Assembly: GCA_965198225.1 (NCBI GenBank)
Contig: CBDAOY010000005.1
Span: 416,001-480,000 of the forward strand
Reading direction: 5' to 3'
DNA length: 64,000 bases
Source of the DNA: Terriglobia bacterium
GTDB taxonomy: Bacteria > Acidobacteriota > Terriglobia > 20CM-2-55-15
The position numbers and the translations under genes were made by a program. A model generated the notes under the pieces. The model did no database searches. It saw nothing but the letters and a program-made list of their open reading frames with translations, and was not told where the DNA came from. Positions within the stretch are counted from its first letter, which is position 1, and the number at the start of each line of letters is the position of its first letter. Shown here piece by piece: positions 9,799 to 20,544 of this stretch.

Positions 9799-11523
9799 AT
9801 GCTCAACTCAGGCACACCTGTCGTTCCGGCCGCGCAGCCTCGGAGTCGACCGCTCAGGCAAGCCCTCTTCATGCTAGCGCTACTCCTCCTGGCCCACCCT
9901 TCGTCGGCACAGGTCGGGGAAGCACGACAGGCGATGGCTGAAGGCGATTCTCTCCGCGCGGTCGAAATTCTGACGACGGCCCTCGAGGACGCTCCTACCC
10001 CGGACGTGTACCTTTACCTCGGGCTCGCACATGCGAACCTCGAGCAATACGACCAAGCTCTGGAAGTGTTCTCCGAGGCATCTCGCCGATATCCCGACGA
10101 CCCGCGCTTCCACAGCGAGACCGCGGGCGTCCACCTCGCCAACCGGGATGTGGCGCTGGCGCGAGAGGCGCTGACACGGGCGTTGGCCCTCGCACCGGAT
10201 GACGATTACGCGTCGGACCTGCTGGCCTCGATCAACCTGTCGGAAGGGGATGTGGAAGAAGCGCTCGACACCTGGAACCAAGCTGGCCGGCCTCGAATCG
10301 ACGAAGTCTTCCAGAATTTTTCTCCGGGCTTCCTCAACTGGGTCGTGCCGCGCTCACTCTCCTTCGCCGAGGGCGATGTCCTCGATTACGACCGGTGGCG
10401 GACAACCCAGGAGCGCCTGTACGCGACGAAGTTGTTCTCGAATGTCGGTCTGGAAATGGAACCCTCCTCCGTCCCCCAACTCTACAACGCGATCGTCCGC
10501 ACAACCCCCCGGGCCAACACGCGCGGAGACATCCTCCTCGATCTGGTTCGCGGGCTTCTTGTCGAGACAACGTACTTCGAGTTATGGGACGTGGGCCTGT
10601 CCGGGGTCAGCTGGAGGTCGAGCTATCGCTGGGACGAGGATCGGCGGCGGGCTCGCGGTCAACTGGTGGTGCCGCTCCCACTTCCCGGTGTTCCTGTACT
10701 GGACTTCACGAACACATGGAGGTCCGAACGCTGGGACATGTCGCAATCCGTACGAGAGGAGTTTCTTCCCGAGGCACGTTTCGATTACAAGGTAAATAGC
10801 GTGCGTCTTGGAATCCACGCGGTCCCCCACTACCGTGTCGAAGTGGGCGCCGGGCTGGAGTACCGGAATCGAGCGGCAGCCGGCACAATCGAACCGCTCG
10901 CGATGGACGCGCGCAATTCGGGCACACTTCAATTCGATGTCCGCGTTCGTCCGGTTGAGGGACGCTACAGCAGCCAACTGCGTTTTGAAGCCTTCCTCGC
11001 AAGGGAAGGCCTCCTCGGAGACTTCGACTTCGGCGGCGGCACGGCGCAAATAGCCAATCGATACGTGATTGATGAAGTATCCGACACCACCTTCGACTGG
11101 TCCGTGTCGGGAGGCACGTCGCGCGGTGAACTGCCCGTCGACAGCTACTTCATGATGGGCATCGGCCGCGGGAGCGCGCACCCGCTCCGCGGCCACGTCG
11201 TCTCCGACAGCGGGCGCTACGGTCGGGCTCCGATGGGAACGGACTTCGTCCTGATCAACACCGATATCGAACGAAGGCTGGTGACGGTTCCCCTCTTCAA
11301 TACCTTGAGCATCCCTTACTTGATGGTCAAGGCGATGGGCTTCTTCGATTCGGCCAAGGTGTTCGACCGCAACCGGATCTTCCGTCAGGGAGAGTGGATG
11401 AACGACGTCGGTGTCGGGATGCGGTTCGAAACGCCGACAGGGTCGTTCACGGTGTTGTACGGGCGGGACATCACCGACGGCGTCAACAACTTCTACGGCT
11501 ACGTCGAGCGACGCTTCTGGTAA
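9799..11523 (+). CDS. TPR-repeat protein with putative POTRA and Omp85/surface-antigen-type beta-barrel
   Basis: Signal peptide, TPRs (YLYLGLAHANLEQYDQALEVF), POTRA-like TQERLYATKLFSNV, barrel-like C-terminus (HPLRG; DVGVGMRFETPTG; ends FW). Start uncertain (9748/9799/9871). Confidence 0.65.
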   Translation: MLNSGTPVVPAAQPRSRPLRQALFMLALLLLAHPSSAQVGEARQAMAEGDSLRAVEILTTALEDAPTPDVYLYLGLAHANLEQYDQALEVFSEASRRYPDDPRFHSETAGVHLANRDVALAREALTRALALAPDDDYASDLLASINLSEGDVEEALDTWNQAGRPRIDEVFQNFSPGFLNWVVPRSLSFAEGDVLDYDRWRTTQERLYATKLFSNVGLEMEPSSVPQLYNAIVRTTPRANTRGDILLDLVRGLLVETTYFELWDVGLSGVSWRSSYRWDEDRRRARGQLVVPLPLPGVPVLDFTNTWRSERWDMSQSVREEFLPEARFDYKVNSVRLGIHAVPHYRVEVGAGLEYRNRAAAGTIEPLAMDARNSGTLQFDVRVRPVEGRYSSQLRFEAFLAREGLLGDFDFGGGTAQIANRYVIDEVSDTTFDWSVSGGTSRGELPVDSYFMMGIGRGSAHPLRGHVVSDSGRYGRAPMGTDFVLINTDIERRLVTVPLFNTLSIPYLMVKAMGFFDSAKVFDRNRIFRQGEWMNDVGVGMRFETPTGSFTVLYGRDITDGVNNFYGYVERRFW

Positions 11524-11559
11524 ACGTGTGGGACCGTTGCGAGATCTTGTCCAAAGGAG

Positions 11560-11848
11560 GTGTAGGTGCGGTCTTTGACCGCACATTCTACTCGATCGAG
11601 GGAGGTGGCTGGGACCTCGTCCGACAGCTATTGCAGATTGGTCATTGGACGATTCCGCATTGGAAATTTGGAGATTGCGAATTGCTCGATTTCTTATTGG
11701 TCGGAAATCTAGAATGAAACAATCTCCAATGAGCAACCTGCAATGTGGATTCTTTCAAATATCGCAATTTGCGATAGGTGTAGGTGCGGTCTTTGACCGC
11801 ACGTTCCTCGAGCCGAAACGATGTGCGCTCATAAGAGCGCACCTACAC
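11560..11848. repeat. GTAG-type REP cluster (A at 11560-11584; A+B doublet at 11778-11848) around an AT-rich heptameric palindrome
   Basis: gtgtaggtgcggtctttgaccgcac twice, plus inverted gtgcgctcataagagcgcacctacac. Confidence 0.85.
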
Positions 11849-11854
11849 CGGAAA

Positions 11855-12907
11855 CTACGGGTCCGGATCCCTCTGCTCCGCAAACCGCTCCCACGACGGC
11901 TCGGTTCCCAGAGCCAGGGTGACGATCCGCGCATAGCTTCGGATTCCACCTTCTACTCGATTGGCCTTGAGAAACAGGTCGAACGTTCGTGCCTGGATGT
12001 CGTTGACCCACTCGACGCGGTTGTCTCGCCTCCGCATGAACATCGCCTCCAGATCCTGTCTCGGCCCTTCGTCGAGCCACTCGTCCGTTTCTGCGGAGCG
12101 CAGGTAAAGCCAGAGGGTCAGCCAACCGCTGTACTGGAACGAGGGATCGTTCGAGTTGACGCAGGCCATCAGGGCGATGAAATTTGCATCCCCTTCGTTA
12201 GGGTAGCCGCGGACATGGGCAATCTCGTGCGCGACGGTCATCGGGCGCTCGAACCTCAGCAGGCCAGACGTCACCAGGGCCTCGTGTCCGAAGGGGTTGA
12301 ACATGCCGTCCACTCCGGCAGCTTTGAAGAACGGGTTCAGGAGCGCAGACGACTTCGGCAATCCGCTCGCCGTCCAGGAGACGCCGTCCAACTCCTCGAC
12401 GACCTGCGCGACTCGGGCGCCCGCAAGCGCACCGAGCTCCAGTTCGTCGAAGGCCTGTGCTTCCTTTGCCGGATAGAGCTGGTTCAGGTGGGACGCAGTT
12501 TTTGCGGTGAATCGGGCGACGTTCTCTTCAGTGACAAGTTCGTTGTTGAAATCGAGTTTCGAAACGAGAGGTGTGCGGTGGTAGTTCAAGCCCCAGGTCC
12601 AGAAGAAAATGAGGTAGCCAACCGCTGCCACCCCAAACAGTGTCCGTAACTTTCGATGGTAAAGAAGGTAGAGAACCAACGGGATGGCGAAGAGGATTAG
12701 CACGTCCAGCCACGACGCGGGCATTGAATTCGCAGCCAGGGCCATGGCTCTCGAGAGCAGCGGGTACAGACCGGTCGCGTACCAGCTCTCGACCAAACGT
12801 GCGGGAAACAAGCCGGCCCACGACGCGAGGAACGAGGTTAGGGCCAACAGGATCGACCAGATGGAGATCGGTTGCTGCAGTTTTATCTTGACCCGCTTGG
12901 ACAGCAT
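11855..12907 (-). CDS. DUF3810-like membrane-anchored putative zinc metalloprotease
   Basis: N-terminal TMs, WGLNYHR, GMFNPFGHEA, HExxH (AHEIAH) followed by EGDANF. Confidence 0.8.
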   Translation of the reverse strand: MLSKRVKIKLQQPISIWSILLALTSFLASWAGLFPARLVESWYATGLYPLLSRAMALAANSMPASWLDVLILFAIPLVLYLLYHRKLRTLFGVAAVGYLIFFWTWGLNYHRTPLVSKLDFNNELVTEENVARFTAKTASHLNQLYPAKEAQAFDELELGALAGARVAQVVEELDGVSWTASGLPKSSALLNPFFKAAGVDGMFNPFGHEALVTSGLLRFERPMTVAHEIAHVRGYPNEGDANFIALMACVNSNDPSFQYSGWLTLWLYLRSAETDEWLDEGPRQDLEAMFMRRRDNRVEWVNDIQARTFDLFLKANRVEGGIRSYARIVTLALGTEPSWERFAEQRDPDP

Positions 12908-13014
12908 TTGCTACGATTCCGCTTTCTTGTTAGATAAGTCCTTACAAATCAATTGAATAAGGACGGCGCCTCGGGATTTACGCGCTGTTTGAGTTGAGTC
13001 GGTCATAAAAACCG

Positions 13015-13932
13015 ATGGCAAAGAATTTTTATACTCTCATTATCGTACCGAACGCGAGTTCCGGACTCCACAAGGTACGTATCCCGCTTTCCGTTCTCTA
13101 CGCCGTTTGCCTGCTTGCCCTGATCGGTGTCTTCACGGTTGTGGGGCTCGGTTTCAGCTATGCACGCATGGCGTTGAAGACCGCCGATCACGGCCAGCTT
13201 CAAACCTGGAACCATGACCTGAAGGTCGAGAACAAGAACCTGGAAGTCTCGACGCGGCAGCTCAACTCCAAGATCGAATCCCTGGAAGAAATCTCAGACC
13301 GGATACACGATCTGATGCGGAGCGATACCTGGAACGAGCGATTCGGGTTGCTCGACACGGGTGGCGTCGGAGGGGCGATCGAAGACTATCCGACGGCGGC
13401 GATGATCGCGAGCGTCAACGTGAGGGACAACATCGATCTGGTCCGTGATCGCACCTCGGAACTCGAGATCCAGTTGCGACTCGTCGAACAGGTAGCAGAA
13501 CGGCGCCTCGGAAAACTGACGCTCACGCCTTCGGCGTGGCCCGTCAGTGGCCCGATCCGGAGTTCCTACGGCCGGCGGCGGGATCCTTTTACGGGACAGG
13601 CGGAGATACATCAGGGGATGGATATCGGGGGCCTTTACGGCTCCGTCGTCCGGGCCCCGGCAAACGGACGAGTGGTCTATGCCCGTCGCAAATCGAGCTA
13701 CGGCAACTTGATCATGCTGGACCACGGTGGTGGTATAACGACCCGCTACGGACACCTTTCCCGGTTTGCTGTATCGGTCGGGGACCAGGTACAAAAGGGC
13801 GACCTCATCGGCTACGTCGGAAACACGGGCCGCAGCACCGGCCCCCATCTGCACTACGAGGTGCGGCTCAACGACAGAACAGTCAACCCACGGAATTATC
13901 TTCCTACAAAATCGGTACGGATTGCAGACTGA
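13015..13932 (+). CDS. M23 family peptidoglycan DD-endopeptidase
   Basis: TM and coiled coil; HQGMD, YGHLS, STGPHLHYEV motifs. Confidence 0.92.
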   Translation: MAKNFYTLIIVPNASSGLHKVRIPLSVLYAVCLLALIGVFTVVGLGFSYARMALKTADHGQLQTWNHDLKVENKNLEVSTRQLNSKIESLEEISDRIHDLMRSDTWNERFGLLDTGGVGGAIEDYPTAAMIASVNVRDNIDLVRDRTSELEIQLRLVEQVAERRLGKLTLTPSAWPVSGPIRSSYGRRRDPFTGQAEIHQGMDIGGLYGSVVRAPANGRVVYARRKSSYGNLIMLDHGGGITTRYGHLSRFAVSVGDQVQKGDLIGYVGNTGRSTGPHLHYEVRLNDRTVNPRNYLPTKSVRIAD

Positions 13933-14178
13933 ACACCTCTACAGACCAACCTTATCTTCGCCTGAATTTCGCCCCGCTTTTCGCCAGACTCCTCTACCCA
14001 GTCAACAACCCGTCATCGAGCCACGTCGTTTCCGACGGATGGGCTCAAACGCCTGCCCCGGAAGGGTTTGAGCAAGATCGGAACCGCCGCCCAAACCCAT
14101 CCACGGGCTATTTCGACGCCGGTTGGAGTCGCTTGTATTCAGGTTTCCTTTACCCTAAACTTCAGACTCAGGCACTTT

Positions 14179-16845
14179 ATGTTCGCCAGCATCGTTAAGA
14201 AATTCGTCGGATCCAGAAACGACCGTGAGTTGAAGAAGATCCGCCCGGTCGTCGAAGCAGTCAACGCGCTGGAACCGACCGTGTCGAGCCTCACCGACGA
14301 GCAGCTCCGAGCCAAAACCGCCGAATTCCGGCAACGAATCGATCAGGGTGCATCCCTCGACGACCTGTTGCCCGAAGCTTTTGCCGTGGGACGGGAAGCG
14401 GGCAAGCGGGTCCTGAACATGCGGCACTTCGACGTTCAGCTCATCGGGGGCTACGCGCTGCACACCAGCCGAATCGCCGAGATGAAGACCGGCGAAGGCA
14501 AGACCCTGGTTGCCACTCTCCCGGCCTACCTGAATGCCCTGGGCGGCAAGGGTGTCCACGTCGTGACGGTCAACGATTACCTTGCGCGACGGGACTCGGA
14601 ATGGATGGGCAACATCTACCGCTTCTTGGGACTTGACGTTGGTGTCGTTCAGCACGGGCTGGACGAGGCGCAGCGACACGAATCATACGGCGCGGACATC
14701 ACCTACGGGACCAACAACGAGTTCGGATTCGACTATCTACGCGACAACATGAAGTTCCAGCTGGCGCATTGCGTCCAGCGCGGTCACAACTTCGGCATCG
14801 TCGATGAAGTGGACTCGATCCTGATCGACGAAGCCCGAACGCCCCTTATCATCTCGGGACCCAGCGACGAGGCAACGGACAAGTATTATCGCATCGACAA
14901 GGTCGTCCCCCGACTCCGTCGCGATATCGACTACCAGGTCGAGGAGAAGCACCGGACCGCGACGTTGACGGAGGAAGGGGTGACAAGCGCCGAAGGTCTG
15001 CTTTCGGTCGAGAACCTCTACGATCCGTCCAACATGGAGATCCTCCATCACATCAACCAGAGCCTGAAGGCACACACGCTGTTCAAGAGGGACGTCGACT
15101 ACGTGGTGAAGGACGGAGAGGTCCAGATCGTCGACGAGTTTACCGGTCGCTTGATGCCGGGGCGCCGCTGGAGCGACGGCCTACATCAGGCGGTGGAAGC
15201 CAAGGAAGGCCTGAAGATTCAGCAGGAGAACCAGACGCTGGCGTCGATCACGTTCCAGAACTATTTTCGGATGTACGACAAGCTTGCCGGGATGACGGGA
15301 ACCGCCGAGACCGAGGCTGAGGAGTTCCTGAAGATCTACAACCTCGATGTGCTGGTCATTCCCACCAACGTCCCGCTGGGCCGGATCGAAAACCCTGACG
15401 TCATCTACCGCACGGAACGGGAAAAATACAACGCCGTCGTCGACGAGATTCGTGAGCTGAACGACAGGGGCCAACCGGTCCTGGTCGGCACGATTTCCAT
15501 CGATAAGTCGGAAAAACTGAGTTCGATGATCAAGCGGAAGGGCATCAAGCACGTCGTCCTGAACGCCAAGTACCATGCGAAGGAGGCGGAAATCGTGGCG
15601 CAGGCCGGTCGGAAGGGAGCGGTCACGATCGCAACCAACATGGCGGGACGCGGTACCGATATCCTTCTGGGCGGGAACCCCGAGTTTCTCGCACGCGACC
15701 GACTGCGGAAGCAGAAGGTCGATCCCGGCGAAGCCACCCCTGAACAGATGGAAGCGGCGCTCGAAGAAGTGCGGCCGGAGGTCGAAGCCGAACACGAACA
15801 GGTGGTCGGCCTCGGGGGACTCCACATCATCGGGACAGAGCGTCACGAAGCCCGACGCATCGACAACCAGCTCCGGGGGCGTTCCGGGCGTCAGGGAGAC
15901 CCGGGTTCCTCCAGGTTCTTCGTGTCGCTGGAAGACGACCTCATGCGGATTTTCGCCGCAGAGCGCATTTCGGGAATCATGCAGCGGTTGGGGATGGAAG
16001 AAGGCGTGCCGATCGAGTCCAAGATGGTTTCCAAGCAGATCGAGAGCGCCCAGAAGCGCGTTGAAGGCCAGAACTTCTCTTCGCGGAAACACGTTCTGGA
16101 ATACGACGATGTGATGAACAAGCAGCGCCAGGCGATATACGGGCTCCGCAAGCAACTGCTGGAACAGGATGATCAGCGGGAGTACGTGATGTCGGTCGCC
16201 GAGGACATCGCGGCGTCGCTGGTGGCGCAACACGCCAACGAAGAGACGCATCCGAGCGAGTGGGATCTCGAAGGGCTCCAGACCTCTGTGTTGCGACAGT
16301 ACGGCCTGGATCACATAAAGGAGGGCATTCGCCCCGACGAGGATCAGCTGAGCTCGAAAGAGCTCGAAGAACGCCTGACTGATCTTATTCAGCGGAAGTA
16401 CGAAGAGAAAGAAGAGCTGATCGGCCCCCAGTCGATGCGCTTACACGAACGGATGCTGATGCTTCAGATAGTCGATGCGCAGTGGAAGGACCACCTGCTC
16501 GGCATGGACCACCTCAAGGAGGGTATCGGGCTCCGCGGATACGGCCAGCGCAACCCGCTCATCGAGTACAAGAAGGAATCGTTTGATCTCTTCGAAGACC
16601 TGATGAACCGTATCGAGGACGGCTCGATCCGGTTCCTGTTCCTGCTCCAGCCCGTGGACCAGGCAAAGCAGGCCGAACAGATCGAGCGCCGTCAGAAGAG
16701 GCAGCAGTTCATCGCGTCCAACCAGGGGGGAGGCGACAGCCCCCGCAAGCCCGTGAAACGCGGCTCCCCGAAGGTGGGACGAAACGATCCTTGCCCTTGC
16801 GGTAGCGGCAAGAAATTCAAAAAATGTTGCGGAGTGACAGCTTGA
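14179..16845 (+). CDS. secA: Preprotein translocase subunit SecA
   Basis: [41 protein letters not shown] motif [19 protein letters not shown]; start taken at MFASIVKK. Confidence 0.98.
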   Translation: MFASIVKKFVGSRNDRELKKIRPVVEAVNALEPTVSSLTDEQLRAKTAEFRQRIDQGASLDDLLPEAFAVGREAGKRVLNMRHFDVQLIGGYALHTSRIAEMKTGEGKTLVATLPAYLNALGGKGVHVVTVNDYLARRDSEWMGNIYRFLGLDVGVVQHGLDEAQRHESYGADITYGTNNEFGFDYLRDNMKFQLAHCVQRGHNFGIVDEVDSILIDEARTPLIISGPSDEATDKYYRIDKVVPRLRRDIDYQVEEKHRTATLTEEGVTSAEGLLSVENLYDPSNMEILHHINQSLKAHTLFKRDVDYVVKDGEVQIVDEFTGRLMPGRRWSDGLHQAVEAKEGLKIQQENQTLASITFQNYFRMYDKLAGMTGTAETEAEEFLKIYNLDVLVIPTNVPLGRIENPDVIYRTEREKYNAVVDEIRELNDRGQPVLVGTISIDKSEKLSSMIKRKGIKHVVLNAKYHAKEAEIVAQAGRKGAVTIATNMAGRGTDILLGGNPEFLARDRLRKQKVDPGEATPEQMEAALEEVRPEVEAEHEQVVGLGGLHIIGTERHEARRIDNQLRGRSGRQGDPGSSRFFVSLEDDLMRIFAAERISGIMQRLGMEEGVPIESKMVSKQIESAQKRVEGQNFSSRKHVLEYDDVMNKQRQAIYGLRKQLLEQDDQREYVMSVAEDIAASLVAQHANEETHPSEWDLEGLQTSVLRQYGLDHIKEGIRPDEDQLSSKELEERLTDLIQRKYEEKEELIGPQSMRLHERMLMLQIVDAQWKDHLLGMDHLKEGIGLRGYGQRNPLIEYKKESFDLFEDLMNRIEDGSIRFLFLLQPVDQAKQAEQIERRQKRQQFIASNQGGGDSPRKPVKRGSPKVGRNDPCPCGSGKKFKKCCGVTA

Positions 16846-18302
16846 GGGAAAAGACATTCCAGGAAGCCTACACCTTTGACGACGTCCTTCTGGCACCGAG
16901 GAAATCGGACATCCTGCCCACCGAAGTCCAGACGAGCACGAGACTGACGAATCGCATCTCACTGAACATCCCCGTCGCGAGCGCGGCGATGGACACCGTA
17001 ACCGAATCACGCCTTGCGATCGCCTTGGCCCAGCAGGGTGGAATCGGCATCGTGCACCGCAACATGTCCATCGAGAGCCAGGCGGCGGAAGTGGACAAAG
17101 TCAAACGTTCGGAAAGCGGCATGATCGTCGATCCGATCACGATGTCTCCAGATCGTAAGATTCAGGACGCGGTCGAGCTGATGGCCCATTTCAAGATTTC
17201 GGGCGTTCCGATCACGGAGAACGGCCGCCTCGTCGGAATCCTGACGAACAGAGACCTGCGCTTCGAGGATCGCTTCCATCTTCCGATAAAGGACGTGATG
17301 ACCAAGGACAAACTCGTCACGGTGCCGGTCGGCACGACTCTGGACGAGGCGCAGCGAATCCTGCACAAGCACCGGATCGAGAAGCTGCTGGTGGTCGACG
17401 ATGATCGGAACTTGAAGGGCCTGATCACGGTCAAAGACATCACCAAGAAGATCAAGTACCCCTTGTCGGCCAAGGACGAACACGGACGCCTGCGAGTCGG
17501 GGCGGCCATCGGAGCGACCGGAGACTATGCCGAGCGCGCCTCCGCGCTGATCGAAGCGAAGGTGGACGTGATCGTCGTCGATACCGCTCACGGACATTCG
17601 TCGCGGGTCCTCGAGGCGGTCAAGACCGTGAAGAGCCGATTTCCCGACATGGACGTCGTTGCCGGCAACATCGCGGCTTCCGAAGCTGCCGCCGACCTGA
17701 TCGATGCCGGCGTGGACGCGATCAAGGTTGGTATAGGTCCCGGCTCGATCTGTACGACCCGGGTTGTCAGCGGCGTGGGCGTACCTCAGATCAGCGCGAT
17801 CATGGAGTGTGCTCCTGTCTGCCGTGAACGCAAGATTCCACTCATCGCGGATGGGGGCGTTAAGTTTTCCGGGGACGTCACGAAAGCCATCGCTGCAGGC
17901 GCCGACGCGATCATGATCGGATCGCTGTTCGCCGGAACCGACGAGAGCCCGGGCGAGATCATTCTCTACCAGGGCCGAACGTACAAATCCTACCGTGGTA
18001 TGGGTTCACTCGGCGCGATGCAAACCGGAAGTAGCGACCGCTACGCGCAGGATCGGGCTCAGCCGAACAAACTGGTTCCGGAAGGAGTCGAAGGGCGGGT
18101 GCCCCACAAAGGCTCCCTTGCTTCCCTCGTCACTCAGTTGGTGGGCGGACTGAAGTCCGGGATGGGCTACTGCGGTTGCAGTTCGATCGAGGAGTTGCAG
18201 ACGCAAACGCAGTTCTTGAAGATCACGGACGCGTCGCTGAAGGAGAGCCACGTCCATGACGTGTTCATTACGAAAGAGGCGCCGAATTATCAGTTGGAGT
18301 AG
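16842..18302 (+). CDS. guaB: IMP dehydrogenase
   Basis: [19 protein letters not shown] pair, [20 protein letters not shown] start overlapping the secA stop is inferred (alternative 16824). Confidence 0.97.
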   Translation: MREKTFQEAYTFDDVLLAPRKSDILPTEVQTSTRLTNRISLNIPVASAAMDTVTESRLAIALAQQGGIGIVHRNMSIESQAAEVDKVKRSESGMIVDPITMSPDRKIQDAVELMAHFKISGVPITENGRLVGILTNRDLRFEDRFHLPIKDVMTKDKLVTVPVGTTLDEAQRILHKHRIEKLLVVDDDRNLKGLITVKDITKKIKYPLSAKDEHGRLRVGAAIGATGDYAERASALIEAKVDVIVVDTAHGHSSRVLEAVKTVKSRFPDMDVVAGNIAASEAAADLIDAGVDAIKVGIGPGSICTTRVVSGVGVPQISAIMECAPVCRERKIPLIADGGVKFSGDVTKAIAAGADAIMIGSLFAGTDESPGEIILYQGRTYKSYRGMGSLGAMQTGSSDRYAQDRAQPNKLVPEGVEGRVPHKGSLASLVTQLVGGLKSGMGYCGCSSIEELQTQTQFLKITDASLKESHVHDVFITKEAPNYQLE

Positions 18303-18342
18303 GAGGCCGGCGGTTGTCCTTCACCAACTTTTCTGCTCAATA

Positions 18343-18382
18343 AACACCCGGGGACAGGGCTATACCCCTGTCCCCCTCACAT
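18343..18382. repeat. Palindromic repeat family 2, copy 1
   Basis: aacacccggggacagggctatacccctgtccccctcacat; a near-identical inverted copy lies at 28640-28677. Confidence 0.75.
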
Positions 18383-18439
18383 TGGCTCCCCCACGGAACG
18401 TTTCGCGGAACCGTTTTCTGAGCAATAACGTTCGCGAAC

Positions 18440-18471
18440 GAGAAACGGCGGCCAATCGGCCGCCGTTTCTC
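18440..18471. terminator. Probable bidirectional terminator hairpin
   Basis: Perfect 14-bp stem gagaaacggcggcc-aatc-ggccgccgtttctc between convergent genes. Confidence 0.65.
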
Positions 18472-18497
18472 AGCTTCTTCCCTTCCCTGTTTTGTTC

Positions 18498-20483
18498 CTA
18501 CCCGATCGTCCGTCCCGACCTCCTGAACGGGGCGTTGATGTACTGCTCCGCCTCGTCCTGTGCGCCGTAGGCGTCGTCGTCGGTGTTGAGCGCCTTCTGG
18601 TACTCGCCCAGCGCGCGGTCCCGGTCGCCGCGGATATCAAAGATCTTGCCGAGGTTCACGTAGGACCACACTTCGACCCAGATGGGTTCCAGGTCGCCGT
18701 TCAGGGCTTCCCGAAACACGTTGGCCGACGCCTGGAGGTTCCCGAGTTCGAACAGTGCTTCGCCCATCCGGAAAAAGGCCAGCGAACTCAGGCGATCCTC
18801 GTCGATGGCCGCCTGGTACTGGTCGATCGCCTCGTTGTAGCGTCCCGCGTCGGCGTAATCCTCACCCCGAGAGATATTCACCGCCACACGCATGTCCGGC
18901 GACAGGCGCAACAACCTCTTGTTCGGATCGATGGAGATCGATCGGGGCTTCCTCTCCGTGATCAGGTCGAAATCGCTCGACGGTCCCGAGACCCAGATCG
19001 TGTGGTATTCGGGCTCGGCGTCGGTCGCCACTTCGACCTCCACGGGCATCCGGAACAGGTCCAGATCCTGGTTGATCTGCCCCATGATCTTGTAACCGTC
19101 CGGGAGCCGGAACACGGTGTATTCCCGGGTAAACTCAGGTATCCCCGCAGAGTTCAGCCATTGGTCGAAGAAGTACGTGAGGTCTTCACCGGCCAGCTCG
19201 GTAGAAACGTCGAAGAACGCGGCGGTCGAAAGGGGCCGGTCCGCAAACCGCGTGGGGAATTCCTCCAGCATGGCGGCGAACTTTTCGTCTCCCATGACGT
19301 CGCGAAGCATCCGGACGATGAAACCACCCTTGAACGCTACCAGCGCACGGTATTCCGCCGAATCCATCCCAAAACCGCTTGCCTGGCTGATGGGGGTGTC
19401 GCCTTCATAGCTGAGCGCCTTGACGATCGTTCGCTGGACGTATTCGTCAGCCTCGAAGGGCGAAAGCGTTTCCTCGAAGTACATCATGCCGGCGAAGACA
19501 GCCAAGCCTTCGGCCAGCCATGCATCCGATTCCGGATTATCGACGGGATACTTCAACGGGAACCACTGCGCGGCGACATATCGAGTGAGCACCCAGGGAT
19601 CGAAACCGGGCCCAACCTCGTTGGAGGGCAGCAGCAGCATGCCCGGAGCCGAACGCGCGTCCCAGTTCGCGCCATCGATCTCGATCATGCGGAACGAATC
19701 CGCGACCGGTTCGCCGAAGGTATCCGTGTAGATGGCGATCATCTCCGCCGCCGCCTCGCCCATTTCCCGGGCTGAATCGACGTCGTCGAAGACCATCACT
19801 TCAACCCCCGGCCCATCGTCGATCGAAGCAGTGACGGTTTCGTAGCTTCCCGCAACGATGGTTCCGGACGCGGTAGGCGTGGGGCTGCTGAACACCAGCA
19901 GCTTCTCGACATCCGTGATCCCCGGTTCGACTTCAGGGAAACTGGTGATCACCTGCCAGTCGGAAGGAACCGTCAACCGAACGTCCATTGTCGCTGGATC
20001 GCTGTGGAGACCGTTGGTCGGGAACCACTTCGCTTCATAGAGCAGGAAAGCACTCTCGGCGGAAATGCGTCCCAGGATTGGTTCACGTCGTCCGAGTTCA
20101 GGATTCAACACCCCGTCGTACTCGACTCGGATTACCGGCTGGTCGAACTGGCCGAGGTCGCTCAGATCCACCTCGAGGGTGGAATCCAGGTCGAACTGAC
20201 GAAACCGAACCGGCAACGGTTCTTCTTCTCCCAGGTAAACGTCGCGAACCCGCAGCCGACGATCCAGGTCGAACACGGCGTAGTTCTGCCGATCGAGCTG
20301 TACAAAGCGAATCTCGGTGCTCGCGAGCACTTCGCCTTCGAAGGCATCGATCCGGGCCTCGATGGAATAGGATTCAACGTCGATCTGAGGCCGGTCCGTG
20401 TCCCCGGCTTGCGGAATGAGCGTCTGCGCCGATGCTGAAACCGCAAACAGCGCGCAAATCATAAAGGTTGAAAGTTTTCTCAT
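18498..20483 (-). CDS. M1-aminopeptidase-like protein with C-terminal TPRs; HExxH degenerate
   Basis: Signal peptide and M1 landmarks (WFP...DPAT, QWF...WLAEGLA, KGGFIVRMLRDVMGDEKF, YFFDQWL), but LTRYVAAQWF where HExxH is expected; TPRs at the C-terminus. Confidence 0.78.
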   Translation of the reverse strand: MRKLSTFMICALFAVSASAQTLIPQAGDTDRPQIDVESYSIEARIDAFEGEVLASTEIRFVQLDRQNYAVFDLDRRLRVRDVYLGEEEPLPVRFRQFDLDSTLEVDLSDLGQFDQPVIRVEYDGVLNPELGRREPILGRISAESAFLLYEAKWFPTNGLHSDPATMDVRLTVPSDWQVITSFPEVEPGITDVEKLLVFSSPTPTASGTIVAGSYETVTASIDDGPGVEVMVFDDVDSAREMGEAAAEMIAIYTDTFGEPVADSFRMIEIDGANWDARSAPGMLLLPSNEVGPGFDPWVLTRYVAAQWFPLKYPVDNPESDAWLAEGLAVFAGMMYFEETLSPFEADEYVQRTIVKALSYEGDTPISQASGFGMDSAEYRALVAFKGGFIVRMLRDVMGDEKFAAMLEEFPTRFADRPLSTAAFFDVSTELAGEDLTYFFDQWLNSAGIPEFTREYTVFRLPDGYKIMGQINQDLDLFRMPVEVEVATDAEPEYHTIWVSGPSSDFDLITERKPRSISIDPNKRLLRLSPDMRVAVNISRGEDYADAGRYNEAIDQYQAAIDEDRLSSLAFFRMGEALFELGNLQASANVFREALNGDLEPIWVEVWSYVNLGKIFDIRGDRDRALGEYQKALNTDDDAYGAQDEAEQYINAPFRRSGRTIG

Positions 20484-20544
20484 GGCTATGGTTGGTGTGG
20501 ACAATTCTGGTGGCCACCGGCCCATGGGTTCTTAGACGGTCCGT

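Noticed and set aside
11645-12649. 334-aa ORF and other small ORFs crossing REP or heptamer repeats (e.g. 56247-56432, 50080-50547)
   Set aside because: They are translations of repeat DNA and antisense sequence, with no RBS or protein-like features.
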